Assembly: GCA_035500135.1 (NCBI GenBank)
Contig: DATJXL010000089.1
Coordinates: forward strand, 7,645 to 71,644
DNA from: Kofleriaceae bacterium
GTDB lineage: Bacteria > Myxococcota_A > Polyangia > Haliangiales > Haliangiaceae
Length of the DNA stretch: 64,000 nt
Direction of reading: 5' to 3'
The notes under the pieces are model-generated. The model saw only the letters and a program-made list of their open reading frames with translations. It had not been told where the DNA came from and did not search any database. The position numbers and the translations under genes were made by a program. This document shows positions 19,474 through 28,166 of the stretch, one piece after another. Positions within the stretch are counted from its first letter, which is position 1. Each line of letters starts with the position of its first letter.

Positions 19474-20913
19474 TCACGAGCGCGCGAAGATCACCGGCCT
19501 GGTGTCGCGGCAGCCGGCCCACAGCCGCTCGTACAGCCGCTGGTACTCGGCCGGCCGGCGCAGCGGATGCGAGAACCGGTGCAGGTCCTGGAAGATGTCG
19601 AAGCTCAGCCGCGACGGCAGCGCGTTCCACACGCGCGCGCGGCCGAACGTGAGCGCGATCGGGCCGAGCTCGGCGTCGAGCACGGCGAGCAGGTCGCTCG
19701 CCCAGCACTCGAGGCCGGCGATCGTGCGCCCCGTGTCACCGTCCGGCGCGTCGACGAACGCGCATGCCTCGGGCGAGTGCTCGAACACGCGGCGCGCGTC
19801 GCCGTCGCGGAGCGCGAAGCAGAACGTCGGTCGGCGCTCGCCGCACTCGCTGACCAGGAGCGACGCCAGCCCGCGGAACACCGCACCGCCGACCAGCGAG
19901 CCCGCGAGCTCGTGCAGGCGCGCGCGCAAGCGCTCGAGCTCGCCGGCGCGCAGCTCGCGCCGGCCGGTCGCGGGCGCGTAGTCCTTGACGTCGACCGCCG
20001 CCTTCGCGCGCGACGGCCAGCTCTCGCGCGGCGCGGTCGCGAGCCACGGCTGCGCCGCGTCGACCTTGTGCAGCTTGCCCGCGCGCATCGTCCACGTCTG
20101 CCCCGGCACGCCGCTGTAGAACTTCTCCTTCGCGTACACCTTGGCCATCTGCGCGCACACGGCCTCGGTATCGACACAGAACACGCGCTGGTTCAGCCAC
20201 GCGCGCTCGCCGGTGAACGAGAACCCGCCCGCGCACGTGATCATCGCGGCCGGCGTGCCCCACGCGGTCGTGATCAACTTGTGGCCGACGCCCATGTTCA
20301 CGAACACCTGCTGGGTGTGCTCGACGCGCTCCTTCAGGTAGTCGGCCATGTGGCTCCAGTCGAGCGCGTTGTTCGTCCACGTCACGAGGCCCGGGCGCAT
20401 CGCGCGCGCGGCCGCCCACTCGACGTGGCGCTGCGTGAGCGGGATGTCGACCATCGAGAACAAGCTGCCGTGCCCGTCGGTCGACCGGACGAGGTACGGC
20501 AGCGTGTCCCACTCGTCACCGCAGTTGGTGGTGACGTGATCGCCCGCGAACGGGATGACCTCGAGATCGCCGAACCGCGCCGGTACGCCGGCCACGAGCG
20601 GGTGCACGGTGAAGCCCATCTCGGCGAGAATCGCGCGCGCGGCGGTCGAGCTGCGCGACGACAGCCAGATCGGGATCGCGCGGTCGAGCTTCGCGAGCGA
20701 CGGGATATCGAAGTGATCGTCGTGCTCGTGGGACAGCACGACCGCGTCGAGCCTGGGGAACTGCGCCGCCTCGAGCCGGCGCGGCGGCCACACCCGGTAC
20801 TCGAGCGCGTGCGATGCGCCGAAGTCTTCGCACAGAAGGCCGTCGACGAGCACCGCGGCGCGCTCGCTCTGGAACAGCCAGCCCTGGTGGCCGAAGAACG
20901 TGGTCGCGAACAT
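19474..20913 (-). CDS. MBL-fold metallo-hydrolase with ~250-aa C-terminal extension
   Basis: MFATTFFGHQGW...VVLSHEHDDHFD (HxHxDH). ATG at 20913-20911. Real 3' 479 codons of shadow ORF 19474..21654. Confidence 0.8.
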   Translation of the reverse strand: MFATTFFGHQGWLFQSERAAVLVDGLLCEDFGASHALEYRVWPPRRLEAAQFPRLDAVVLSHEHDDHFDIPSLAKLDRAIPIWLSSRSSTAARAILAEMGFTVHPLVAGVPARFGDLEVIPFAGDHVTTNCGDEWDTLPYLVRSTDGHGSLFSMVDIPLTQRHVEWAAARAMRPGLVTWTNNALDWSHMADYLKERVEHTQQVFVNMGVGHKLITTAWGTPAAMITCAGGFSFTGERAWLNQRVFCVDTEAVCAQMAKVYAKEKFYSGVPGQTWTMRAGKLHKVDAAQPWLATAPRESWPSRAKAAVDVKDYAPATGRRELRAGELERLRARLHELAGSLVGGAVFRGLASLLVSECGERRPTFCFALRDGDARRVFEHSPEACAFVDAPDGDTGRTIAGLECWASDLLAVLDAELGPIALTFGRARVWNALPSRLSFDIFQDLHRFSHPLRRPAEYQRLYERLWAGCRDTRPVIFARS

Positions 20914-21084
20914 GGGGACGATGATACGGTCGGAGACGTGCCGCGAAGGGTCCACGAACCGATAAGTCGCTCGAAGATCGCGGCCGAGGCGCCGGCGTGG
21001 CGAGGCGCGGCGAGAACCGGAGCGGCGCGTACTCGCCGTACGCAAGCACCGGAAGCGCAGCCGCAACGAAGCCACGGCGGATGG

Positions 21085-21831
21085 ATCGGCCGCGAGCACG
21101 AGCGAGATCTCGGTTCGCGGGCCCTCACGCGCCGTGATCTGTTCCGCCTCGTCGGCGGCGCCGCCGTGCTCGCGAAGCTGCCCGCGTGCGGCGACAACGC
21201 CGGCGATCGCGTGTTCACGTCGGCCGAGCTGACCATGCTGTACGACCTCGCGAACGTGATCATCCCGCCCGACGACACGCCGGGCGGCGCCGAGCTCGGC
21301 GCGATCGCGTTCATCGAGGCGCTCGTCACCGCCTACGACCACGATCCGCCGATGATCTACGCGGGCGGGCCGTTCTCCGACCGTGCCGGCGCGAGCGACG
21401 ACGGCTTCGCGAATTTCATCGAGCTCGATCGCGTCAGCGATGCGGCGTGGCGGCTCGACACCGCGAGCATCAAGCAGCAGCTCGTCGCCGGGCTCGCCGC
21501 CGCGCGCGCGCTCGGCATCAGCGATCCGGCCAAGCTCTACGACGCGCTCGACGCCGACTTCCAGGCGCTCCTGTTCGAGCTCGTGACCGAGGCCGCGTGG
21601 GCGGCGCCCGAGTACGGCGGCAACCCGAACCTCGCCGGCTGGGCGATGATCCACTTCGAAGGCGACAGCCTGCCGATGGGCTACAGCCAGTGGAACGGCA
21701 GCGGCTACGACGAGCGCGGCGACGCGCCGATGTCGACGCCGAACCCGAGCGATCCCGAGCCGCTGACCGACGACGTCCGCCAGGTCATCATGGAGGTCGT
21801 GGCGGTGCTCGGCGGGCAGACGTTTCCATGA
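21085..21831 (+). CDS. Gluconate 2-dehydrogenase subunit-3-like Tat lipoprotein (small partner of the GMC oxidoreductase); start codon unresolved
   Basis: Twin-arginine signal plus lipobox: SRALTRRDLFRLVGGAAVLAKLPACG. The stop overlaps the GMC ATG. No ATG/GTG/TTG lies in frame between 20941 and the RR motif; 21085 is an ATC. Confidence 0.6.
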   Translation: MGREHERDLGSRALTRRDLFRLVGGAAVLAKLPACGDNAGDRVFTSAELTMLYDLANVIIPPDDTPGGAELGAIAFIEALVTAYDHDPPMIYAGGPFSDRAGASDDGFANFIELDRVSDAAWRLDTASIKQQLVAGLAAARALGISDPAKLYDALDADFQALLFELVTEAAWAAPEYGGNPNLAGWAMIHFEGDSLPMGYSQWNGSGYDERGDAPMSTPNPSDPEPLTDDVRQVIMEVVAVLGGQTFP

Positions 21832-23537
21832 GACGTACGGTGTTCGGCAACACGTCGCTGTCGCAGTTCGACGCGATCGTGATCGGCTCGGGCGCGGGCG
21901 GCAACCCGGTGACGTACGTGTTGACCGCGAACGGCATGAAGGTGCTCGTGCTCGAGGCCGGGCCGTGCCACCTCGACTACCTCGACGATCCGACGCAGGC
22001 GCCGGTGCCGCGGTTCTCCAACGACGAGCTCAAGATCGAGCACCGCAACTTCATCGAGATGCACTCGGAGGTCGAGCCGCGCACGTGGCGCAACTCGCCC
22101 GCCGACGGCGATCGGATCGACTCGCTCACCGGCAACGTGCAGAACCTGCCGAAGACGGTCGGCGGCGGCGGCCTGCACGCGGATCTGAAGATGCCGCGCT
22201 TCCAGTCGACCGACCTCCAGCTCGGCACGCTGCTCGACATCCCGGGCACGACGTTCGCCGACTGGCCGGTGCAGTACGACGAGCTCGAGCCGTTCTACGC
22301 GTGGGGCGAGCGGCTGTGCGGCGTGCAAGGCAGGGCCGGCGCCGATCCGTTCGCGAGCGCGCGCTCGAGCGACTACCCGATGCCGCCCGGCAACCCGATG
22401 TACGGCTCGATGCTCGTCGGCACCGGCCTGTCCGCGCTCGGCTACACCATGTTTCCGTATCCGACCGCGGTGAACTCGGTCCCGTACGGCGGGCGGCCGG
22501 CGTGCGTCGATTGCGGGTTTTGCTCGGGCTATCCGTGCCCGACCAACGCGAAGGGCTCGACCGCGATCACGATGCTGCGCAGCGCGCTGCTCACGAACAA
22601 CTGCCAGCTGCGCGCCGAGACGCGCGTCGCGAAGCTCGTCCCGAGCGCGACCGGCACCGCGATCGCGAGCGTGCAGACGATCGAGCCCGACGGCTCGCAG
22701 GGCTCGTACACGGCCGATCGCATCGTGCTCGCGGCCAGCCCGATCGAGGACGCGCGGCTGCTCCTGCTCTCGGGCGGCCTGGGCAACTCGAGCGGCCTCG
22801 TCGGTCGCAACCTCATGTTCCACTACCAGACGATCTGCCTCGGGATCTTCGATGACCGCGTGCACGGCTATCGCGGACGCACGGTCGATCACGGCTTCGC
22901 CGATTTTCGCGGCGTGCCGAACGATTCGAATCATCCGCTCGCGGGCATCGTCGAGATCTCCGGCGGCGGCCTGCCGATCGGCGAGGCCGCGTTCTACAAG
23001 CGGATCCTCGATCAGCTCGGCGCGGGCCGCTGGAACGGCGCGCTGTTCAAGAAGCTGATGCGCCAGTCGCCCGGGCGCGACCGCGTGATGGTGATGGTGA
23101 TCCAGGCCGAGGACGCGCCGCAGGCGACGAACATCGTCGATCTCGATCCATCGATCACCGACCTCGACGGGCTGCCGGTGCCGCGCATCACCTACCAGAA
23201 CCACACGTTCGAGGTCAGCGCCGGGCAGTTCTACGAGCCGAAGCTGATCCAGATCTTCGGCGCGGCCGGCGCGCGCTACGCCGCGATCGCGCCGCGCGAT
23301 CCGCTGCCCGGCTCGCAGCACGTGATGGGCACGCTGCGCTCGGGTGTGGACTCGTCGACGAGCGTCACCGATCCGAACGGCAAGTTCTGGGACCTCGGCA
23401 ACCTGTGGGCGAGCGACGGCGCGCTGTTCCCGACGTCGTCGGGCTACAACCCGACGATGACGATCGTCGCGCTGGCTTTGCGCGTCGGCGCCGCGATCGT
23501 GAACCCGACGTCGCCCGAGAGCGTGATCACGTCGTAA
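21828..23537 (+). CDS. GMC-family FAD oxidoreductase
   Basis: FDAIVIGSGAGGNPV Rossmann motif. ATG at 21828 overlaps the previous stop (ATGA). 569 aa. Real part of track ORF 21186..23537. Confidence 0.88.
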   Translation: MRRTVFGNTSLSQFDAIVIGSGAGGNPVTYVLTANGMKVLVLEAGPCHLDYLDDPTQAPVPRFSNDELKIEHRNFIEMHSEVEPRTWRNSPADGDRIDSLTGNVQNLPKTVGGGGLHADLKMPRFQSTDLQLGTLLDIPGTTFADWPVQYDELEPFYAWGERLCGVQGRAGADPFASARSSDYPMPPGNPMYGSMLVGTGLSALGYTMFPYPTAVNSVPYGGRPACVDCGFCSGYPCPTNAKGSTAITMLRSALLTNNCQLRAETRVAKLVPSATGTAIASVQTIEPDGSQGSYTADRIVLAASPIEDARLLLLSGGLGNSSGLVGRNLMFHYQTICLGIFDDRVHGYRGRTVDHGFADFRGVPNDSNHPLAGIVEISGGGLPIGEAAFYKRILDQLGAGRWNGALFKKLMRQSPGRDRVMVMVIQAEDAPQATNIVDLDPSITDLDGLPVPRITYQNHTFEVSAGQFYEPKLIQIFGAAGARYAAIAPRDPLPGSQHVMGTLRSGVDSSTSVTDPNGKFWDLGNLWASDGALFPTSSGYNPTMTIVALALRVGAAIVNPTSPESVITS

Positions 23538-23549
23538 TATCGGCGATCG

Positions 23550-24482
23550 ATGAGCAAGGTCGTCGCGTGTCTACTGGCGCTCGCGGTCGCGTGCGGAAAA
23601 TCGGGCTCGGACTCGGGCTCGAGCTCGGGCTCGAAGGACCGGCCGAAGGTCGCGGTCTCGATCTTCCCGCTGTACGACCTGGTACGGCGGGTCGCGGGAG
23701 ATCGCGTCGAGGTGCTGCTCGTGCTGCCGCCCGGCCGCAGCGAGCACGAATACGATCCGACGCCGAAGGACATCGCGCGGCTCGACGGCGCGAAGCTCGC
23801 GATCGCGATCGGCCTCGACATGGACACGTGGGTCGAGACGATCGTGAAGGGCGCGGGCGGGGCGCCGATCTTTCACGTCGGCGACAAGATCAAGACCATG
23901 CCGATCGCGGTCGAGCCGATCGGCGAGGCCGAGGCGCACGCCGGCGAGGCCCCGGATTCCGACGACAAGCCGGGCGCGCCCGATCCGCACGTGTGGCTCG
24001 ATCCCGAGCGGATGAAGTTGGTCGTCGACTCGATCGCCGAGCAACTCACGGCGATCGATCCCGAGGGCAAGACCGCGTTCGCGGCCGCCGCGGACAAGCT
24101 GAAGGGTGAGCTGCAGACGTTGGACGCGAAGATCGCCGCGCGCGCGAAGACGTGGTCGAAGACCACGATCGTGACGTTCCACGGCTCGATGTCGTACTAC
24201 GCGAAGCACTACGGGCTGCGCATCGCGGCCGTCGTCGAGCCGCTCGCCGGCAAGGAGCCGACCGCGGCGTACATCGCCGAGGTGCTCGGCGCGATCAAGG
24301 CCGGCCACGCGGCGGCGCTGTTCTCCGAGCCGCAGTTCGACAAGGCTCCGGCCGAGACGATCGCCAAGGAGGCCGGCGTGCCGCTCGGCGAGCTCGATCC
24401 CGTCGGCGGCGTGACCGGGCGCGACAGCTACGAGGCCCTCCTGCTGTGGAACACCGACCAGCTCGACAAGGTGCTCAAGTAG
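23550..24482 (+). CDS. znuA: Metal (Zn/Mn) ABC transporter substrate-binding lipoprotein, ZnuA/TroA family
   Basis: LLALAVACG lipobox. VSIFPLYDLV, EHEYDPTPKD, DPHVWLDP. Acidic/His loop EAEAHAGEAPDSDDKPG. Confidence 0.82.
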   Translation: MSKVVACLLALAVACGKSGSDSGSSSGSKDRPKVAVSIFPLYDLVRRVAGDRVEVLLVLPPGRSEHEYDPTPKDIARLDGAKLAIAIGLDMDTWVETIVKGAGGAPIFHVGDKIKTMPIAVEPIGEAEAHAGEAPDSDDKPGAPDPHVWLDPERMKLVVDSIAEQLTAIDPEGKTAFAAAADKLKGELQTLDAKIAARAKTWSKTTIVTFHGSMSYYAKHYGLRIAAVVEPLAGKEPTAAYIAEVLGAIKAGHAAALFSEPQFDKAPAETIAKEAGVPLGELDPVGGVTGRDSYEALLLWNTDQLDKVLK

Positions 24483-25316
24483 ATGACGACGACGGTCCCG
24501 CCGCCGATGAAGTCGCTCGAGCGCCGCAACAGCGCGCGCGCGCTCGGCCAGACGCGGCCGGATCCGGCGATGGCGCACGTGCTCGACGTCGAGCACGTGA
24601 AGATCGCGATCCGCGGCAGGACGATCATCGATGGCATGTCGTTCTGGGTGCCGAAGGGCGAGTTCGTCTGCTTGTGCGGGCCGAACGGCGCCGGCAAGTC
24701 GACCCTGCTCAAGGCGATCATGGGGCTCGTGCCGATCACGAGCGGCCGCATCACGATCCGCGGCGAAGAGGTCGCGGCCGGCCATCGCCACGTCGGCTAC
24801 GTGCCGCAGCGCAAGGGCTTCGACCGCGACTTTCCGGCGCGCGCGGTCGATCTCATCGTCGCCGCGCTCCGCGGCAAGTGGCCGGCGCACATCCGCGACG
24901 ACGAGCGCGAGCACGCGCGCCGCGCGCTCGCGAAGATCGGCGGCGAGCGCCTGCTCGACAAGCCGCTCGCCGGGCTGTCGGGCGGCGAGACCCAGCGCGT
25001 GTTCCTCGCACGCGCGCTGATCACCGAGCCGTCGCTGCTGATCTTCGACGAGCCGACCGCGGGCGTCGACGCGCGTGGCCGCGCCGAGCTGATCGAGCTG
25101 ATGATGCAGATCTCGCGCTCCGACGAGCTCGCCGCGATCCTCGTCACCCACAACCTCGCCGCGGTCGCGGCCACCGCCGAGCGCATCGTGTACATCGAGG
25201 CCGGCCAGCTCCTGTGCTGGGGCCTGCCGGAGGAGCTGCTCGGCCAGCGATCGCTGACCGCGCTCGCCGCGTTCCAGGCGACCGATCATCACGCCGCGGC
25301 GGCCGACGAAGAGTGA
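24483..25316 (+). CDS. znuC: Metal ABC transporter ATP-binding protein
   Basis: Walker A GPNGAGKST, signature LSGGETQR, Walker B LLIFDEP. Confidence 0.9.
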   Translation: MTTTVPPPMKSLERRNSARALGQTRPDPAMAHVLDVEHVKIAIRGRTIIDGMSFWVPKGEFVCLCGPNGAGKSTLLKAIMGLVPITSGRITIRGEEVAAGHRHVGYVPQRKGFDRDFPARAVDLIVAALRGKWPAHIRDDEREHARRALAKIGGERLLDKPLAGLSGGETQRVFLARALITEPSLLIFDEPTAGVDARGRAELIELMMQISRSDELAAILVTHNLAAVAATAERIVYIEAGQLLCWGLPEELLGQRSLTALAAFQATDHHAAAADEE

Positions 25317-25323
25317 CCGCCGG

Positions 25324-26154
25324 ATGATCCACTTCTTCGCCGACCCGCTGCACTTCGCGTTCATGCAGCGCGCGCTCGTCGCCGGCCTCGCGGTGGCGGC
25401 GGTGTGCGCGGTGATCGGCGTGTTCATCGTGCAGCGCGGGCTCGCGTTTCTCGGCGACGGGCTCGCGCACGCCGCGTTCGGCGGCATCGCGATCGGCTTG
25501 TTCCTCGGCGCGTCGGTCGAGCACGCGGTGTGGATCGCGATCCCGTTCACCGCGGCGGTCGCGCTCGGCATCGGGTTCGTGCTGCGGCGCACGTCGCTGC
25601 GCGGCGACGTCGCGACCGGCGTGTTCTTCTCGTTCAGCTTCGCGCTCGGCGTGTTGTTCCTCGGGCTCAGGACCGCGAGCGATCGCCAGATCGACGTCGA
25701 GAGCCTCTTGTTCGGCAACATGCTCGCGGTCGCGCCGGAGGTCCTCGAGGTCGTCGTCGCGGTTGCCGTGCTCGCGCTCGTGCTCACGGTCGCGCTGTGG
25801 TCGCGACTCGCGTACGCGATCTTCGATCCCGAGCTCGCCGCGATCTCCGGCGTGCCGGTCGCCGTGCTCGAGTACCTCTTGCTCGCCGAGACCGCGGTCG
25901 TCGTCGTCGTCGCGGTCAAGACGGTCGGGGTCGTGCTGGTGTCGAGCTTCGTCGTGATCCCGGCGGCGACCGCGCGCCTGGTCGGCTCGACGCTCGCGCG
26001 CGCCACCGCGCTCGCGCTCGCGATCGGAATGCTCGGCGCCGCGGTGGGGCTGTTCGTCAGCTTCCACCTCGACACGCCGACCGCCGCGACGATCATCCTC
26101 ATCCATTGCGCGGGCTTCGCCACCGCGCTGGCGTGGTCACGCCTGCGCCGATAG
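25324..26154 (+). CDS. znuB: Metal ABC transporter permease (ABC-3 family)
   Basis: 276 aa, 8-9 hydrophobic helices. FMQRALVAGLAVA... is typical of ZnuB/MntB. Confidence 0.9.
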   Translation: MIHFFADPLHFAFMQRALVAGLAVAAVCAVIGVFIVQRGLAFLGDGLAHAAFGGIAIGLFLGASVEHAVWIAIPFTAAVALGIGFVLRRTSLRGDVATGVFFSFSFALGVLFLGLRTASDRQIDVESLLFGNMLAVAPEVLEVVVAVAVLALVLTVALWSRLAYAIFDPELAAISGVPVAVLEYLLLAETAVVVVVAVKTVGVVLVSSFVVIPAATARLVGSTLARATALALAIGMLGAAVGLFVSFHLDTPTAATIILIHCAGFATALAWSRLRR

Positions 26155-26217
26155 CACGCGCTGTCTCACCCGCTTTTCGTGCGACATCGCGCGCGAGCTT
26201 CCTCGTACAATGGGACC

Positions 26218-27012
26218 ATGCGCTACCTCGCGATCGTGCTCGTCTTGATCGGCTGTGGTACGGACTCGATGCCCGGCGGCGGCGGCGGGGGCGGCGGTGG
26301 TGGCTCCGCGACCATGGTCTCCGGCACGATCTCCACCGCCACGACGTGGTCGGGTACGATCGAGGTCACGGGCGCGGTGACGATCGCGGCCGGTGTCACG
26401 GTCACGGTCGATGCCGGCGCGATGATCGAGACCGGCTCCGCGATCACGATCGACGGCACCCTCGACATCGAAGGTACGAGCGGCTCGACGGTCTCGGTCG
26501 GTCCCGCGGGCACGACGGCGCACTGGCCCGGCTTCACGGTCGCGAGCGGCGGCACGCTGACCGCGCACTACATGGACGAGGTCGGTGGCGCCGTGAACAT
26601 GGCCGACGGCAGCACGGTGACGATCTACGATTCGCACCTATCGCAAGCGAGTCACGATCTCGTCGTGGTCGAGGGTGGCACGCTCGACATCGAGTACTCG
26701 TCGATCGGCGTCGAGTCCGGCCAGACCGACACCACGCACTGCGACACGCACTTCGACGGCGCGACCGCGATCACGATCACGCACACGAACATCAGCTCGT
26801 CGGCATACGGCTCGATGTTCTACGCCGGCTCGAGCGTCGACTGGACCTACGACAACTGGTTCGACAACGCCACCGACGTCGCGACCTCGCCCGGCGTCAC
26901 CGGCACGTTCAGCTACGGCTGGTTCCAGAAGGGCGACGCGCCGAGCGGCAGCGGGATCGTCGCGCAGAACATGTCGAGCACGCGCGTCACCGACGCCGGG
27001 CCGCGGCCCTGA
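26218..27012 (+). CDS. Lipoprotein with poly-Gly linker and parallel beta-helix-like Gly/Thr-rich repeats
   Basis: MRYLAIVLVLIGCG lipobox, then a Gly run. Repeated GxTVTVxxGA / GGTLxxxxS segments. ATG at 26218 inside track ORF 26179..27012. Confidence 0.65.
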   Translation: MRYLAIVLVLIGCGTDSMPGGGGGGGGGGSATMVSGTISTATTWSGTIEVTGAVTIAAGVTVTVDAGAMIETGSAITIDGTLDIEGTSGSTVSVGPAGTTAHWPGFTVASGGTLTAHYMDEVGGAVNMADGSTVTIYDSHLSQASHDLVVVEGGTLDIEYSSIGVESGQTDTTHCDTHFDGATAITITHTNISSSAYGSMFYAGSSVDWTYDNWFDNATDVATSPGVTGTFSYGWFQKGDAPSGSGIVAQNMSSTRVTDAGPRP

Positions 27013-27110
27013 GGCTTCCGCTACCCACCGTCTGAGGCACATTGCCTCGGGCCGCTTCGGCCACCGAAGCTTGTACGCGGGGCGTGGTGGTGCTTCCATG
27101 GGTCGAACAC

Positions 27111-27980
27111 ATGGGTTGCTTGTGCTGTGGTGCATCGGCGGAGGTGGGAACGCTGTGTCGGCCGTGCGCGCACGACGTCGCGCCGTGCGACGGCTTGATT
27201 CCGGATCACGTGCGCTCGAACGTCGACTCGACGGAAGCGGCGGCGTGGATGGTCGACGGCTTCGGCACCGCACACGCGATCGGGCCCAAGACGGCGATCG
27301 GCCGCAACCACGAGGGCGAGCTCGTGGTGCTCGCGAGCTCGGTGTCGCGCGAGCACGCCGAGCTGCGCAAGACCGACGCCGGCTGGCACGTGCGCGACCT
27401 CGGCAGCCGCAACGGCACGTTCGTCGATGGCGTTCGCGCGCAAGGCCGGCAGCAGCTCGGCGCGCGCTCGCTCGTGAAGGTCGGCGACGTCGGGCTGTGG
27501 TTCCTCGCCGAGGTCATGGACGAGCCGCTGCCGCCGCCGTCGATGGCGACCGCGAGCGCCGGATCGGGCCTCGTGCGCTACCACCTGTCGGCGGGCTCGC
27601 TCGAGCTGTGCCTGGTCGGCGCGAACGACGGCGCGGCGGGCGGCGCCCTGCTGTCGCGTGCGGCCGGCACCGAGACGTGGAGCGAGCGCGGGCTCGCGCC
27701 GCTCGAGTACCAGCTGTTGCGCGCGCTGTGCGCGCGCGCGACCGAGGAGGCCGAATCGCCGTCGGCAGTGCGGGGCTGCGTGCAGACCCGCCAGCTCGCA
27801 CGCGACCTGCCGTTCCAGTCGAAGTACGCGAACGAGGAGAACGTGCGCCAGGTCGTGCGGCGCCTGCGCGCCGTCCTCGGCGAGCTCGCGGTCGACGGCA
27901 TCCTCGCGGTCGCGCCCGGCCGCGGCTATTACCTGTCGTGCAAGGTCTCGGCGCTCACCGGCGCTTCGACAGATCGATGA
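27111..27980 (+). CDS. Zn-ribbon - FHA - OmpR/PhoB-type winged-helix regulator
   Basis: MGCLCCGASAEVGTLCRPC. FHA: AIGRNHEGELVVLASSVSREHAEL...WHVRDLGSRNGTFVDG. C-terminal wHTH: LAPLEYQLLRALC...VRQVVRRLRAVL...GRGYYL. Confidence 0.8.
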   Translation: MGCLCCGASAEVGTLCRPCAHDVAPCDGLIPDHVRSNVDSTEAAAWMVDGFGTAHAIGPKTAIGRNHEGELVVLASSVSREHAELRKTDAGWHVRDLGSRNGTFVDGVRAQGRQQLGARSLVKVGDVGLWFLAEVMDEPLPPPSMATASAGSGLVRYHLSAGSLELCLVGANDGAAGGALLSRAAGTETWSERGLAPLEYQLLRALCARATEEAESPSAVRGCVQTRQLARDLPFQSKYANEENVRQVVRRLRAVLGELAVDGILAVAPGRGYYLSCKVSALTGASTDR

Positions 27981-28113
27981 CGATCTTCTGCGTGGAGATC
28001 TCGCGCTCGTCACGCGGCGAGCGCGGTGGGCGGCGTTCGTCGAGGCGAGCGATCGCGTCGATCGCGACCGCCGCGATCACGAGCCCGAGGAAGATGTAGA
28101 TCGCCAGCTGCAT
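27955..28113 (-). CDS. Candidate 52-aa single-TM protein downstream of the kinase pair
   Basis: Below the track size cut-off. AGGAAGG SD 6 nt before the ATG (28113). MQLAIYIFLGLVIAAVAIDAIARLDERRPPRSPRDEREISTQKIVIDLSKRR. 47 of 52 codons end in G/C. It overlaps the FHA gene 3' end by 26 nt (convergent). Confidence 0.4.
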   Translation of the reverse strand: MQLAIYIFLGLVIAAVAIDAIARLDERRPPRSPRDEREISTQKIVIDLSKRR

Positions 28114-28166
28114 GATGCCTTCCTACGCTTGCGATCTACCGTGGATCTCCGGTCCGACCCTTTGCT

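Noticed and set aside
23571-26123. 850-aa minus ORF opposite the metal ABC transporter genes
   Set aside because: Shadow frame. The plus strand encodes SBP, ATPase (Walker A/B, LSGGE) and permease.
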